Shown here: piece after piece, positions 23,486 through 36,631 of the stretch | Position numbering within the stretch: position 1 is the first letter of the stretch | How the letters are laid out: each line of letters opens with the position of its first letter | DNA from: Moniliella sp. 'wahieum' | Taxonomy: Eukaryota | Length of the DNA stretch: 64,000 nucleotides | Reading direction: 5' to 3' | Assembly (NCBI GenBank): GCA_003971905.1 | Contig: RSEE01000015.1 | Location: forward strand, 620,001 to 684,000 | The notes under the pieces: model-generated | The model's database searches: none | What the model was told of the DNA's origin: nothing | Seen by the model: only the letters and a program-made list of their open reading frames with translations | Program-made: the position numbers and the translations under genes

Positions 23486-26277
23486 ATGTCGTTACACACC
23501 AAGAACCATTCTGGTTCGGCTGCGCCCAACGCGGGTGCAAGCCCACAGTCCAAGAAGACCCGCATCGCCGTCATGACCTCGGGCGGCGACGCCGCCGGCA
23601 TGAACGCGGCCGTGCGCGCAGTGGTCAAGTTCGCCATCTACAAGGGCTGCGAAGCCTATGTCATTCGTGAGGGTCTGTCGGGTCTGGTCCAGGGAAACAC
23701 CAAGGCCGAGCCCGTCACCGCTCAGGCTACCCCCCAAGCGACCCCTGCACAGTCGACCATCCCCAGTCCCGCCATGACCCCAGCACCTATGCAGGATGGG
23801 ACTACCACATGCCTAACCTCTCGATTGGCGGGGGCGCTGGCTACCCCTTCCCTGGGGAAAAGCACCACCGACACCAGCGCTTTGTGCCCACCTATGGCTA
23901 CGGCGAGCTTCTCCGCGAGGGTGTTGGGGGAGCCGCAGACACTGGGCTCAAGGGCCGGTACATCATTCGCGTTGGTTGGGACGACGTGCGTGGCTGGTCC
24001 GAGCAGGTACGTTCAACATTCAATTCTCACCTTTTTCCAATTATGCACTGATGCACTGACACTGTTCCCTAGGGTGGAACCCTGATTGGTACCGCTCGCT
24101 GCGTCGAGTTCCGCCAAGCCGAGTACCGCCGGCAAGCTGCGTTCAATCTCATTTCTCATGGGATTGACTGTCTTGCCGTGGTGGGTGGTGATGGAAGTTT
24201 GACTGGCACCGATATTCTGCGCCAAGAGTGGCCAGACCACGTGAGTGCGCTTCTTGCTGAAGGCAAAATCACCCAAGTGCAGTACGACAAGTTCAAGCAC
24301 CTTCGTATCGTTGGCTTGGTCGGATCGATCGACAATGATTTGGCCACCACCGACATGACGATTGGTTGCTCCACTGCTCTCACTCGTGCGTGCGAGTCGG
24401 TCGACTCGATCTCTTCCACCGCTGCTTCCCACTCGCGTGCGTTCGTGGTGGAGGTGATGGGGCGCAACTGTGGCTGGATCGCACTCCAATGTGCCATCGC
24501 TACCGGTGCCGATTACATTTTCATCCCAGAACAGCCGCCGTTGTGCAACGATACCGAAGCAGAGGGTGGCGAAGAAGGAGAGCACGGCTGGGCCCAGGAA
24601 ATGTGCCGCGTGCTGCAGAAGCACCGTGAAGCTGGCAAGCGCAAGACCATTGTCATTGTGGCCGAGGGTGCGATTGACAAGAACCTCAACCCGATCAAAT
24701 CCTCCGACATTGCCCAGGTCCTGACCGACAAGCTTGGTCTCGACACGCGTGTTACCACCCTGGGTCATACCCAGCGTGGTGGAAGCCCTGATGCCAACGA
24801 CCGTGTCCTGTCTACCCTCCAGGCTGTTGACGCGGTCAAGGCCTTACTTGAGGCTACGCCGAGACGCCGTCGTACGTGATTGGCACGCGGGAAAACAAAA
24901 TTATCCGTGTACCGCTCAAGTATGCGATTGAGCAGACCAAGGCTGTGGCCGAAGCCATTTCGGAGAAGCGGTTTGGAGACGCACTCAAGGCCCGCGGCGA
25001 GACCTTTGCTGAGGACCTGGCCGCTTGGAAGTACATTTCTGAGATCAATCCTGCTACGAAGGTGGACGAGGAGAGTCGGATGCGGGTGGGCATCATGCAT
25101 ATTGGCGCCCCAGCAGGTGGGATGAACGCGGCGACGCGGACCATGGTCCGGTACTTTGTTGCTCGCGGTCATGTCCCCGTCTTGATCTCTAACGGCTTCC
25201 CGGGCTTGTTGGAGGACAATGTACAGGAGTTTGACTGGCTCCGCGTCGACAACTGGACCATCCGTGGTGGGTCTGAACTGGGTACCAACCGTGTGCTGCC
25301 GTCGGTGGATTATGGGGCGGTGGCAAGCAAGTTGCAGTACCATGATCTCAATGGTTTGATGATCATTGGTGGCTTCGAGGCGTTCCATGCAGTCAAACTG
25401 ATGGATGACGCCCGGGACAGTACCCTGCCTTCCGCATTCCCCTTGTTGCCATCCCCGCCACACTCAGCAACAATGTTCCGCTTAACGACTTCTCCCTTGG
25501 ATGTGACACCTCTCTCAATGCCCTGGTTCAGGCGTGCGATGCGATTAAGCAGTCGGCTCGGGCGAGTCGGAACCGTGTGTTTGTGGTGGAGACCCAGGGA
25601 GGCAATTGCGGGTACTTGGCTGTGCTTGGCGGCTTGGCCACCGATGCGTCTCTCACCTACGTGCCTGAAGTGGGTTTGACCCTGCAGCAGCTGCAGAAGG
25701 ACGTGGACTGGCTCAAGAAGCGTTACAGTTTGGACCAGCCGGGTAGGTCCGAGGGTCGTCTGGTGCTCCGCAACGACCATGCCAGCAAGGTGTACACCAC
25801 AGATGTTCTCACCAACATCTTCAAAGAAGAAGGCCATCCCTTCTTTGACGCTCGCTCTGCTTCGCTCGGTCACACTTTGCAAGGTGGCACACCTTCCCCT
25901 CTGGACCGGTGCCGTGCTACGCGCCTCGCGCTGCGCTGCTGCCAATGGCTCGAGGTAAGGCCCGTCCCGAGCTTGCTTTGAACGAAGCTTGGACCCAGCC
26001 CACCGAGGAGGCAATGCGGGAGATTGAGGAGAACTCGGAGGCCGATGCAGAGGCTGAAATTTACCGTGCCCAACAACAGCGTCTGACCGATGAGCCCTTC
26101 GACCCATCGTCAGCTGCCATCATCACGATCCGTGGTTCCTCGATCCAAATGACCACGGCGCGGGAAATGGCGCGGGAAGCTGACATGAAGCTTCGGACGG
26201 GTAAATGCTTGGGGTTTGGTGTCAAGCGGCTGGTGGACATCATGGGTGCCCGTGCTTCCACCCTGGAGACGCGTTAA
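23486..26277 (+). CDS. PFK1: ATP-dependent 6-phosphofructokinase (eukaryotic two-half type)
   Basis: [59 protein letters not shown], second half [12 protein letters not shown] and [10 protein letters not shown]; intron 24007..24072; frameshifts. Confidence 0.96.
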
Positions 26278-26527
26278 CGAGATGACTATGTTTGCAGCAT
26301 ATACTGCCCCTTACGATTGTGCTTCTTTGCTCTATACATTGCTTGCAACCTACTTCGCCTCCTATAGCGTTCCAATACAAGCTAAATAGTGTAACAAAAA
26401 TGAATAAGATGTGGCCTGGATCTCAGGCGGGCGGAGGCGTAGCGGCTCCATCAGTCTTATTGCTCACCTCGGCTCTGGGCGCCGCAATCGCCGCATCCAT
26501 CAATCCCTGCAAAGCCTTCTCTCCGTA

Positions 26528-27178
26528 TCATCCGCAGAGGTGGGTTGCCTCTACGTGGCCGATCCCTTGGTGAGCGGATAGGATGAGGTTGGCATCCAGA
26601 AACTCGGGAAGAGGCGTTTCAGGGGGAGGAGCCCCGCCCAACGCCAGTACAGCGTGGCGTAATGACTCTTGCTCGGACTTGAGCTGGGCGACCATCTCCT
26701 GAGTTTCAGCAATGCGCTGAGCAAGAATGATATGCATGTTCTGGGTGTCTGGCAGCTGGGCAACCTGCTCCGAAAGTTCCCGCAACTTGATATCACGGCG
26801 TTGCCGAAACGCAGCTTGAGCTCGACGGTTTTGCGCCGCACGCTTCGACCCATCCAGTGGTCGCTTTGGCCCACTCCGGCGCTTCTCCCTCTCGGGAGCA
26901 GCGAATGCAGCGGCCTGGGCAGCGGCCGCAGCGTGGGCCGCCTGAGCTGCAACAGCCGCCTGAGCCGCCGCGGTGGCGGCAGCCTCGGCATCCGAGGCTG
27001 GTAGGGACCCAGGCGCCGGTGCAGGCGCAGGCGCCGGCGCTGGGCTGGGCGGGTGCTCACTTCCAGCTTGGCCTTGCTGGTACATTTCCTCGTTGTGAAG
27101 GAACTCATGCCAGGCGGTCTTGTCGTGCGAGCTGGTGCTTTCCCCCTCGGGGAACATTTCCTGTCCTGTACCCGACAT
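26528..27178 (-). CDS. bZIP transcription factor (Yap-like basic region), ~216 aa
   Basis: KRAAQNRRAQAAFRQRR followed by a heptad coiled coil (LRELSEQVAQL...LKSEQESLR); ATG at 27178. Confidence 0.85.
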   Translation of the reverse strand: MSGTGQEMFPEGESTSSHDKTAWHEFLHNEEMYQQGQAGSEHPPSPAPAPAPAPAPGSLPASDAEAAATAAAQAAVAAQAAHAAAAAQAAAFAAPEREKRRSGPKRPLDGSKRAAQNRRAQAAFRQRRDIKLRELSEQVAQLPDTQNMHIILAQRIAETQEMVAQLKSEQESLRHAVLALGGAPPPETPLPEFLDANLILSAHQGIGHVEATHLCG

Positions 27179-27372
27179 GGCAATGGTGGTGGCTGTCGTC
27201 GCGCAAATTGGGGGAGTGTGGCCAGCAGGGGGCGGGGTGGGGATGACGTAATCGCCCTCAGCACGCGTCGCGCCCTCGGTTCGAACGCCTATCATTACTC
27301 GCTGTCTCCCCGGGGGTGCAATGTTGAAACAAATGAACTTCGTTTGATCGACCGATGAAAAAAAAGAAACAT

Positions 27373-27479
27373 CGACACCTGTGAGATTCGAACTCACGCC
27401 CTCAGAGAGGATTCGCTGGCCCTTGAAGCAAGGTGCATCTTATAGCAGGCGAACGGGGTAACCACTGCCCTAAAGTGTC
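27373..27479 (-). tRNA. tRNA-Ser(GCT) with 25-nt intron (27418..27442)
   Basis: Reverse complement folds: acceptor GACACTT/AGGTGTC + discriminator G, anticodon stem TTCGC/GCGAA with loop CT-GCT-A, long variable arm, T-arm GTGAG-TTCGAAT-CTCAC; oligo-T terminator at ~27358..27365. Confidence 0.93.
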
Positions 27480-28488
27480 TGTTGGTTTGGTGTCGAAAAA
27501 GCTCTCACCAAACCATGTTTAGACGAGGTGGAGCACACTGGTGATATGATGCCGAACGATTAATGATGGCTGTGACGCATGACGTTCCCTGGAGACAGTG
27601 GGCTGAGGCGCTGGCGCGGAAGGGGAACTGCCACACGAGCCACGAGCTGCGTGTGTGAGCGTGTGAGCGTCGGTTGGAGTGTCGAGTGAGTGCCTGGGAA
27701 AATCTGCAGCAAACAGGGGTGTTAGGGGCACGCCCATTTCACACACTCCATCTCTCTCGCGTTCACCTGGGTGAGGCCTCCGGAGGCCCCAAGCTCAGAC
27801 GCACAACCCACCCTCAAGAGAGTGGTTGTCACGCGTACGGAAGAGGCACGGCACACTTGCGCCATACCGAGCTGCACGCGGTGTGGGCATAGGAGGAATG
27901 GAACGTAGTATCCTGCCGCCGCATGTACGTCTTTTGCCGTAAGGGCCATTCTTCTGCTGTCTATGAAACGAGACTCGGTCGGCTCCTGCTGGTGCGGGTG
28001 CGGAAGAGAGAGCCAGGGCTGCACACAGGAAACAGCCAAAGCGGGGAGTGGCCGACAGCGGCGCTGATGGATGATGGAGCGGATCCAGGGGCTAATTATG
28101 TTCAGGCAGGCATCGCTTGTACGCCTCGCCCCGGCCTCCCGCCTGCTCAGGGCATCCGCAGTAAGCGATGCGGGCGCTAATCAAATGCCAATCGCAAGCA
28201 GCCATGCTGCGCCGCACGAAACCCACCCCACGCGGTGGGCTGGCTTGGGCGGAGGTTGAATGTTGAAGGCGGGCTGCGGGCGCCCACACTGGTGGCGCTT
28301 ACGTCCGGCAGACCCCGCTCCTGTTCCCAAGCCTATTCCCACTCCCACTCCCGCTTCCACGCTCCACACTCAGCCCCACTGCTGTTCTCTCCCCCCACCC
28401 CCACCCCCCCTCTCTCCTCTCACGCCCGCGTTCGGACTCTCTCTCCCTCCATCCCCTCCCCTCCCCCCCCCCCCCCCACCTACCCATC

Positions 28489-30014
28489 ATGCCTGTCCGC
28501 GAGCGCGACATGCGCGCCGAGCTTGACTCATACCGCAGCAAGTACCGCCGCGTGTTCCCCGCATACACCTTCTTCCTTGACGGCGTCGACCCAGACGGAT
28601 GCTCGCCTCACTCAGCGCATTGCCACTCATGGCGCACGCGTCGAACCTTGCTTCAGCCAACAATGCACCCACCTCGTCGTCGCCGGCCCCTCCACTGCCC
28701 GCAAGCGCTCCGACACCAAGCCCCTTTCCTATACCGACATCAACCGTGCCCGCCTGGATGCCGGCACTGCCAAACCGCCCAACCCCCCTCGGATGACAAA
28801 AAAGACGACCTCGTGGCCCAAGCAACCCGCATGAACATCCGCATCTGGGGGCGAGACAGTACGTCTAGTTCCTGTCCCTTTCCTGCCATTTTCTCCACTA
28901 CTTGATGAGCGTCCTGCTAGTGCCTAGGGCCCGCAGCGCTGACGAAAAACCCGTCTGCTCCAGAACTACTTAAAATCCTGAATGTTTTTGATGGTGCCAG
29001 CGATCCGGCTGTGGGTACAACCGCTGCCGCGGATCCAACCGATCTTCACACCCTTCTGGCCGCGGACAAGCTTTCTGCATCGGTCTCGGCCCGTACTTCC
29101 GCCATCACCCACAGAGGCGAGCACTGCGGTGCAACCACTTTGGCTCAAGCAAACGGGTACGAGTTTGCGTGGGATGCCCAGTCGGGGCAGTACGTGTTGG
29201 CAGGAGTGTATGCTCCGCTAGATCCGAGCTATGCTACTCTCTTGGTGGAGGACGCGACGCAAGCGTGCCGTCCCATCTACCTCGAGATGTTTGCTTACCC
29301 CAAAGAGGGTGAGCTGGCACCTTGGCCTGTCCTGTACAATGACGGGGAGGGACGATGCCCGTTTGCTGCACCATCTTCGCGACGGCGTCAAGAACCGTCG
29401 CCGAATGCGTGGCGTTCACTTCGCGTCGTTCTCGACCACGCCGAGGCCATTGAACTTGGCAAGGACCAGTCAAGCATGTGGAACGAGGGGAAAACATCCG
29501 ATGCTGTGGCAGGGGGGCTGGTAGCCAGTGCCTCTCCCCGTACTCCGACCATGGGAGAACTCCCCCTCCTTCGGTTTGGACGAATGGGGTGGAGCTGAAT
29601 GCCTCGGCTGCATCGGGCGTTGCGGCCCTCACCAGCACTCGCACCACCTCCACCGCCGTAAACACCGACCCTGTTCCGTGGATGAAGCAAACGGCGTCCG
29701 ATCCACGCCTTGCCGCCCTCCAGCGCCGGCCAACTTTCACACCACCTTCCCCGCCATCGGCGCCTCGTAGTGCCGTGCGCGAGTTTATGGCTCTCCGCAC
29801 GGCCGGCACCCCTGTTGGTTCACGACGCCGTCGCACCAAAGACAAGAAGCCCGGGTACTGTGAGAACTGCCGGATCAAGTTTGAGGATCTGGAAGACCAT
29901 GCCGTCTCCCGTCGTCATCTCCGTTTCGCACAGAATGACGAGAACTTTGAGGAGATTGATGCCTTGCTGGAATCCGTCAGGCGGGAACCACTGAATCCCA
30001 TTCCCGTGCACTAA
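28489..30014 (+). CDS. DBF4: Cdc7 kinase regulatory subunit Dbf4/Dfp1/NimO
   Basis: Motif N (YRRVFPAYTFFLDG, BRCT-like), motif M (LLVEDATQACRPI...WPVLY...GRCPF) and motif C zinc finger KPGYCENCRIKFEDLEDHAVSRRH; intron 28859..28963. Confidence 0.9.
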
Positions 30015-30608
30015 AGAACTTTTCCTGTTTCCCTTTTTCACCTGTCAACATTTCGTTTCGTTTCTCTTTTCCTTTCCCCAACATGTCCTGCGCTTTGGCG
30101 CTTGGCGCCACACCCGACCACCGTACGTCTACGTTACCGCTATACCCCTCACGAAAGCAGGACCAACCTGAATATTCTCTGTTAATTATTGTTGGGCCTG
30201 CCCTTGCGCACATGCCCCCCCCCTCGCCCGTGTCCCTGCCGCTTTGTACCTCAGGCAGTGGCAGTTTAGTGGGTAGATCATCCCTGAGTGCTTCTATGGC
30301 TATTTTATACGCCAGTCCATCTGTGTGAGCTGGGCCAGTGGGCCGTCGTGTACTAGTCCTGACGAGAACCGCCGCATCACACAAGAGGGTGGTGCACGCC
30401 CTGAAGTGCTGCCCCGCCGCGGCCCCCGCAGCAGCGGACAACCCGGCGGAAAGAGAGAAGGAATGCCGCTGACGTAAACAGAGCGCTTGTGCAGTGCCAA
30501 TTTTTTCTGCTCCCATGTCGCCAAGCAGGCAGAGGGCCAGTGTTGGCTGCGGGGTGCCGCAGCCTCCGTCGGCCGGCCCGCCCGCCAGCGACCGCCTTCT
30601 CCACCACC

Positions 30609-33272
30609 ATGTCCTTCTTCCGCCGCGTCAACAGCGACAGCGAGAGCTCGTCGTCCGACTCGGACGAGGAGTCGCTGCTCTCTCTTCGGAGGACGAGGCG
30701 CCCAAGCCGACCCAGAAGAAAAATGCCTTTATGCGTTCGGATTCGGACGATGATTCGGACTCGGACTCGGACGAGGATTCGGACGAGGACTTGTCCAGCG
30801 ACGAGGATGGCGGTGCGGCCAAGAAGAACCGTTTCCTTCGTGGCGGTGCCGACTCGGACTCTGACTCGGACTCGGATGCGCCCAAGGTCGTCAAGTCTGC
30901 CCGTCAGAAGCGTGCTGAGGAGTTGGTTGCTGCTGCGGGCAGCCTGAACAATGCTCGGCGGATCAACGATTGGGCGTCCATCTCGCGCGGGTGGGACGAG
31001 ATTGTGCGCCTGGCGGACCGGCAACGTAGCCTGGGTGAACCCGTGGGACCGATCTTTATCCGCACCCTTGCTGAGCTCGACTCGCTCGCGACCGAAGCCA
31101 AGCCCAAGAAGAAGCAAATGAACGCCATCAACGCTCGTGCCCTCAACACGGTCTCTCAGAAGCTCCGCAAGATGGTCCGTGAGCACGAAAAGGAGGTTTC
31201 TGCCTTCCGCGAGGACCCGGATGCGTTTGTGGCCAAGGCCGAGGCGGCCATTGCTGAGACGGAGGCCCCGCCTCCTCCCGTGGCGCCTACCCCTCGTCCG
31301 GCCGGTGCCATTGGCGTTCGCTTTGGCGCTCCGGTAGTGGAGCTGTCCAGCAGGTGGCGGAAGATGGGTTTGAGACCGTCGGTCGTGGGGGGAAGACGAC
31401 AACCATCTCGTCTGAGGGCCTATTCAAGACCATGGCCGCCATCATGGAGGCTCGTGGACGCAAGACGACCGACCGCATTGGTCAGATTGCCACCCTAGAG
31501 GCTTTGGCGGAGGTGGCTTCGGGTTCGTACCAGAAGATCCGTGTTCAGATGGCGCTCTTGGCTATCCGATTCGACTATAACAGCACGAACCATGCGTATC
31601 TCCCTGTGGACCGGGGGAGGCCGCTCGCAAAGACTTGCTCACTCTGCTTGAGATTCTTTCGGCTGACCCGAGCTACGTCATCTCGGATCAGACCCCTGAG
31701 TACGACGAGGAGGAAAGACCGCAAGCCCAACGTGAACGGGGAAGGTCCTGTTGTGGCGGTGCGCGGGAACCTCGTCTCGTTTGTGGAGCGCCTGGACGAC
31801 GAGTTCAATGCCTCTCTTCGTGCCATTGACCCGCACACGCCCGAGTATGTCGAGCGTCTCGCGATGAGAAGCGGCTTTACGCCTTATCCTTCGCTCGCAA
31901 CTGTACTTTGAGCTGCGTGAGCAGGGCGTGGCGGTGGAGCGTGTGTTGGCCCGTCGTCTTGAACACGTATATGCGAAGCAGGAGCCCATTACTCAAGCGC
32001 TTGAGAGCGCGGTTGCCGATACGTATGCCTCGGCGCGCCGTTTGTCTCCAAGGTCACTCCGGCTCCGGAGGTGATTGCGGCGCCGAACGGATCGAGTGCG
32101 CTGGTGCGGCGCTCTGTACCCGCCTGTATGCTAGCCAGGCCATCGATGCCGAGCGGATCAAGACGCGTTCGATGCTTTGCCAAGTATACCATGTTGCTCT
32201 TCACGGGCGTTACCACGGCGCGCGCGACCTGTTCCTCATGAGCCACCTTCAAGAAGCCATCCACCGTGCCGATGCTGCAACCCAGATCCTGTACAACCGT
32301 GCCGTTGCGCAGCTGGGTGCGGCGGCCTTCCGTGCCGGAGCGGTGAAAGACGCCCAGGCGGCTCTGCAGGAACTCTTTGCGCATGGCCGGGCGCGGGAGT
32401 TGTTGGCTCAAGGTGCGCAACGGGCTTCGGAGCGTAACCAGCTTTCCCGGAACAAGAGGCGGCGGAGAGCGGCTGGCCGTGCCGTTCCACCTGCACATCA
32501 ACCTCGAGTTGCTCGAGGCGATGTACCTCACCGCGAGTATGCTCCTCGAGATCCCCCACCTGGCGCGTGCCTCGGCCAGCATGGACCCGAAGCGGCCCGG
32601 CGCAGGGTTATCTCTCGTCCACTCCGACGGATGCTCGACTATGCCGACCGGCAGGGTTTTCTGGCCCGCCGAGAACATGCGGGACCATGTGATTGCCGCG
32701 TCGCGGGCCTTGCGGGTGGGGACTGGGCCGGCTCGACGCAACTGATCCGGGAAATCACGATTTGGTCGTTGTGCCCGACCAGGGAAGGTGTGGCCAAACT
32801 GGATGCGCACATTCAGGCCGCCGGCATTCGCACTTGGTTCTTTCCTACGCCGCGCACTACGAGACTCTCTCCCTCGTCTCGCTCGCAACGCAGTTTGGCA
32901 TTCCTCTGGGCAAGGCGCGTGCGCTGGTGAGCAAGATGATTTGGTCGGACGAGCTTCCGTCGGCTAGGCTGGATGCGGTGGACAATGTCGTTCGCTTCAC
33001 TTTGCCCTCTGGCTCTTCTGCTCGGGGGGCAGCACACCCACGTCTGCATCCCCTCGCTTCGGTTTGGCCGACAAGGCGGCGGCGCTGCTGGAAACCAACG
33101 AGAAGACGCTTCTACCGAACTGCAGCGCGGTGCTCAGGCCACGGGCGGTGCTGCGCCCGAGACCGCGGGCGTGGGCGAGCGCCGTCGGCGGGGTGGTCCG
33201 GCCCCGCGGGGACGCGGCACGCGAAACCGCAACCAGTTCACCCGCGGTTTCCCGGGCCAGATAGCGGCCTGA
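30609..33272 (+). CDS. NIP1: Translation initiation factor eIF3 subunit c
   Basis: MSFFRRVNSDSESSSSDSDEE acidic N-terminus, EARGRKTTDR, ERLDDEF...IDPHTPEYVERL, ARDLFLMSHLQE, PFHLHINLELLE, and PCI region LVSKMIWSDEL. Confidence 0.93.
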
Positions 33273-34209
33273 GTGTCGGGTCGGTCTCAAAAGGCTCTGT
33301 GAGGAGCCGAACTGCTATGGCTACAACATGTCTTAACCATCCTCCTTCTGCTTCCAACGTCCGTTACTAAAGTTCCTGGGTCGGCCTGGCGTTAGAAGGT
33401 TGTAGCATCCGTGGCCGGATCTTGTAGACATGGCTGGCCATCGTGCTTAGCGTCGGGGCCAACTGGCAGGGAGACGAAATGAGGGAAAAAGATATAGACA
33501 TGTCCATTCTCGCGCGTGAGTTGAGGGCAGCTACATAGTAGGAAGAGATGCAGTGAGAACTAGTGAACATGCAAACTAAATTCTGAGAGTTTATACCCCA
33601 AAAGCCGTGGAGCGGATGAGACCCAGCGACGCTGTCCACGACCCGAAGTGACAGAGCCTGAGCGCACTGCGCCGGGGCCTGTTCATCCATTCATCAGAGC
33701 GCCAAGCACAATGTATGATGAGATTGATGATCGATCATGCATCATGGCTCAGTTGGCGTCGCCCTCCCGTCTTCGCCCATCACTCAGTAAGTTAAACACT
33801 GTCTTCTTATTCCAAGAGAGCTATGGCGCGTTTTGTTCAGGGGAACTTTGGAGACGAAACATACAGCTATTAACATACTTACTCGTCCCTCTCCATCATC
33901 AGATTGTTTACATCGCTGGCGAGCTCTAGATTTCATTCCGGAGAAGATCCATTGTAAACAAGTGTTGAGTAGGTGGTGTGCGCTTTGAATCCCAGCAGAA
34001 CAGTCGATATGACTTATAGACCAAAGAGAAAAAGTGGCAGGACAGAAAAAGAGAAAACGGTTCTGAGCTGTGTCATTCGTCACACGCATCACTTTTTGCA
34101 AGTAGAGTGCTCATCCACGGCAATGTAACGGACTCAAGTTAAGGTAGAGAACCGTCGTGTGGGGGCAAAGCGATTGTTTCCGTCTCAAAACACGGACGAA
34201 GGGGGCGAG

Positions 34210-35607
34210 TTAGGCCAAAATGAGACTAACCCCAATAGTCGAGAAGAGGGTGGCCAGGGCTACTAGATGAGGCGAGCGAACAGATTTGGCAGCAGATTTT
34301 CCTAAAGTGGAGGAGAAGAGAAGGTGAAGGGGAGAAGGGGAAGGAGAGGTGCTAGTTCCATTTGGGTTCCACCGCTGGCCGCCAGCCGTTGGAAGGGTCG
34401 AGTTGGGAGAAGAGCGCTGCACGTCCCTCGTCCGATCCAAACACCTCGTTTGCGTCATGATCCGCTTGCTCAACCACAATAAGCGATGGCCAATGGTGTG
34501 GTCCGTCACATTACTCCAGTCGGGCAGGTCGTCAAAGGTGGCATTGAAGCCGGTCATGTCAAAGTTGGTGCGGGCTAAGGTGTTGATGTACTTCCAGTAG
34601 GCCAAATTTCGGTCCCGACGCTTGTCTCCGCCCTGCAGCTTGGCCATACAGTATTGATCGCCGCCGAATGTCCACGTCTTGCAGCCCGATGAGGGAGACC
34701 ACATCCCGCTTAGCGTACTGAGCAAAGTATTCGATCGGGGTCTTGCCTCCCTGAGGCATCACGTCGGTAAAGTTGGTAAAGCCGTACCTCCAATAGTCAT
34801 ACCAGGGGCAACTGGTCTTGTTGGGCAATCGACGGATCCACTTGGGCCGGTCCTGGGTAAAATATGCACAAGACGATGGATCGCCGTAAATGTATCGACA
34901 TGTACGCCATTGGCCGGTGGGTCGTTCCCAATGATCGCATATCGTTGCATAACACTGACCTCCGCCATGGCCGACAAGAGTAATGTTCTTCATGGCAGGG
35001 TATTTCGTCCGGTTGTTGAACTCAGAGACAAAGGCATCCAGCACGTCAATGCGGACGATTTGGTGCCGTTCGGATGAGTTGCAATCTCGCCTGCTTGCCA
35101 GGCATTTACATCGCCCAAGCAAGCTGATTGGTTAGTGTACTCGCCAGAGTGAAGATGGTAGAGTAATATTCCGGCGCAGTGACAATGGAGGTAGCGCTGG
35201 CGCCAGGGTAGCTGGCATTGACGGCTGCTACCAAGGCGTTTTTCCATGGTTTGCCAATACTGTTGCCGTTACGGTAGCGGCCGTGGACATCACAATGCTT
35301 GTTCGGCGAGATGGTTGGAGGAGCGGGTGGACCAAAAGCAGCAACTTCGTCCCCGCTGGTCCCCACTGGCAAACTGGTGAGGTTGGCGCCGGACGGTACC
35401 GACACAGGGCCGTGATTCTCGCCCTCATTGTTGGTGCCGCCAGACATGACTGTGGACGCATCGCGGACCAGGAGGGAGAGCAGGCGTTTGTGTGCCAAAG
35501 AGCGGGGTGGCTGTGGCCAGAGGCAAGAAGAGGGGACGGCAGCAGCATACGCGATACGAAGGGACACTGCGGGACCGATTTGTAGTACGGTTGATGGACG
35601 CAGACAT
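34210..35607 (-). CDS. Secreted/GPI-type alpha/beta-hydrolase-like protein
   Basis: NITLVGHGGG...MQRYA, YGDPSSCAYF, YDYWRYG, GGDQYCMAKLQG; S/P/T-rich linker and hydrophobic C-terminus LVALATLFSTIGVSLILA. Start uncertain. Confidence 0.65.
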
Positions 35608-36631
35608 ATTATGCGGCGCGGTGGGACCGGAGAGGGGGGGGGGCAGGAGCAAAGGCAGGAGGAGGCGGCGCGAGGCGGTGGCGGGGAGAGGAGGAGGATG
35701 GGCGTGGGTGGGATGGGAGGAATGGGGCTGGAACACAGCCTGCATGCATGCCATCCGGTGGGACAGTACTCCGCGGCGGGCGGCGGGAGACAGGGCGGCT
35801 GCCTGTATGTTCTTCTGCTAGTGCATGTCCCCCTCTTGTTAGCAGAGCGGACTGATGACTGAGCATTCATCAATAATGCTCTCCTATGGCAGGCGGGCAG
35901 GCGGGCAGGCAGAGCAACAGACGATCGAATGTCTCTGCCCTGCGCGCGCCCTGGCGTCTGCGGCTGCTGTTGGTGTTATATATGTCCTCGACGTCTCAGC
36001 CTTATCCGCCGCACCGCTCCGACAAGTATAATCGATCAGGACGATGGGGCCAGTGGATGCTACAGACACCGACGCACCCAACCCTACTCTCTCTCCCAGC
36101 ACGGCGCCAGTGCCGGTGTGGCCTCCCACCCACAGCGTGCCAGTGCTTATCCCACCCACAAAACACCAGTGCTATTGCGGCGCCTCCCACCCACAGAGGC
36201 TGCACAGCAGCAGCAGCAGTCTCCAGCCCCCTGACTAGTGACTGCCCCTGGCTGGGAGGCTGTCAATAGCAACATGCAGCGCGTGAGAGAAAGTGAAGCC
36301 AGGAGGTTATGGTGCCTGACGGCCTCACCTCCGATGCTAGAAGCTCAAGCTTCGCTTCAAGATCGAGGGGCTCAAGCCTAAGCGCTCGAGAAAGCTGGAG
36401 CTCTTGCCCGCGTACTACCTACCATGTACCTACACCACGGCTCCTTGGCCCACGCATGTTCGTGCACATCCCATCGCATTGGCTAGCATGCTCAACAGAC
36501 TCTACAGAGAAGCCCGAACTCCCTCCCCTCAGCCACACCTTCAGCCCGCCCGCCCAGGCCTGCCATCCCGCCTTGCGTCCCAGTATAGGCTTCCCACGCT
36601 CTAGAGCGCGCCCGAAGCGGCGTTGCACCCC

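Noticed and set aside
25954..25997. Possible second PFK intron starting GTAAGG
   Set aside because: No clear branch site; the sequence reads as continuous protein if one base is missing, so it is more likely a frameshift error.
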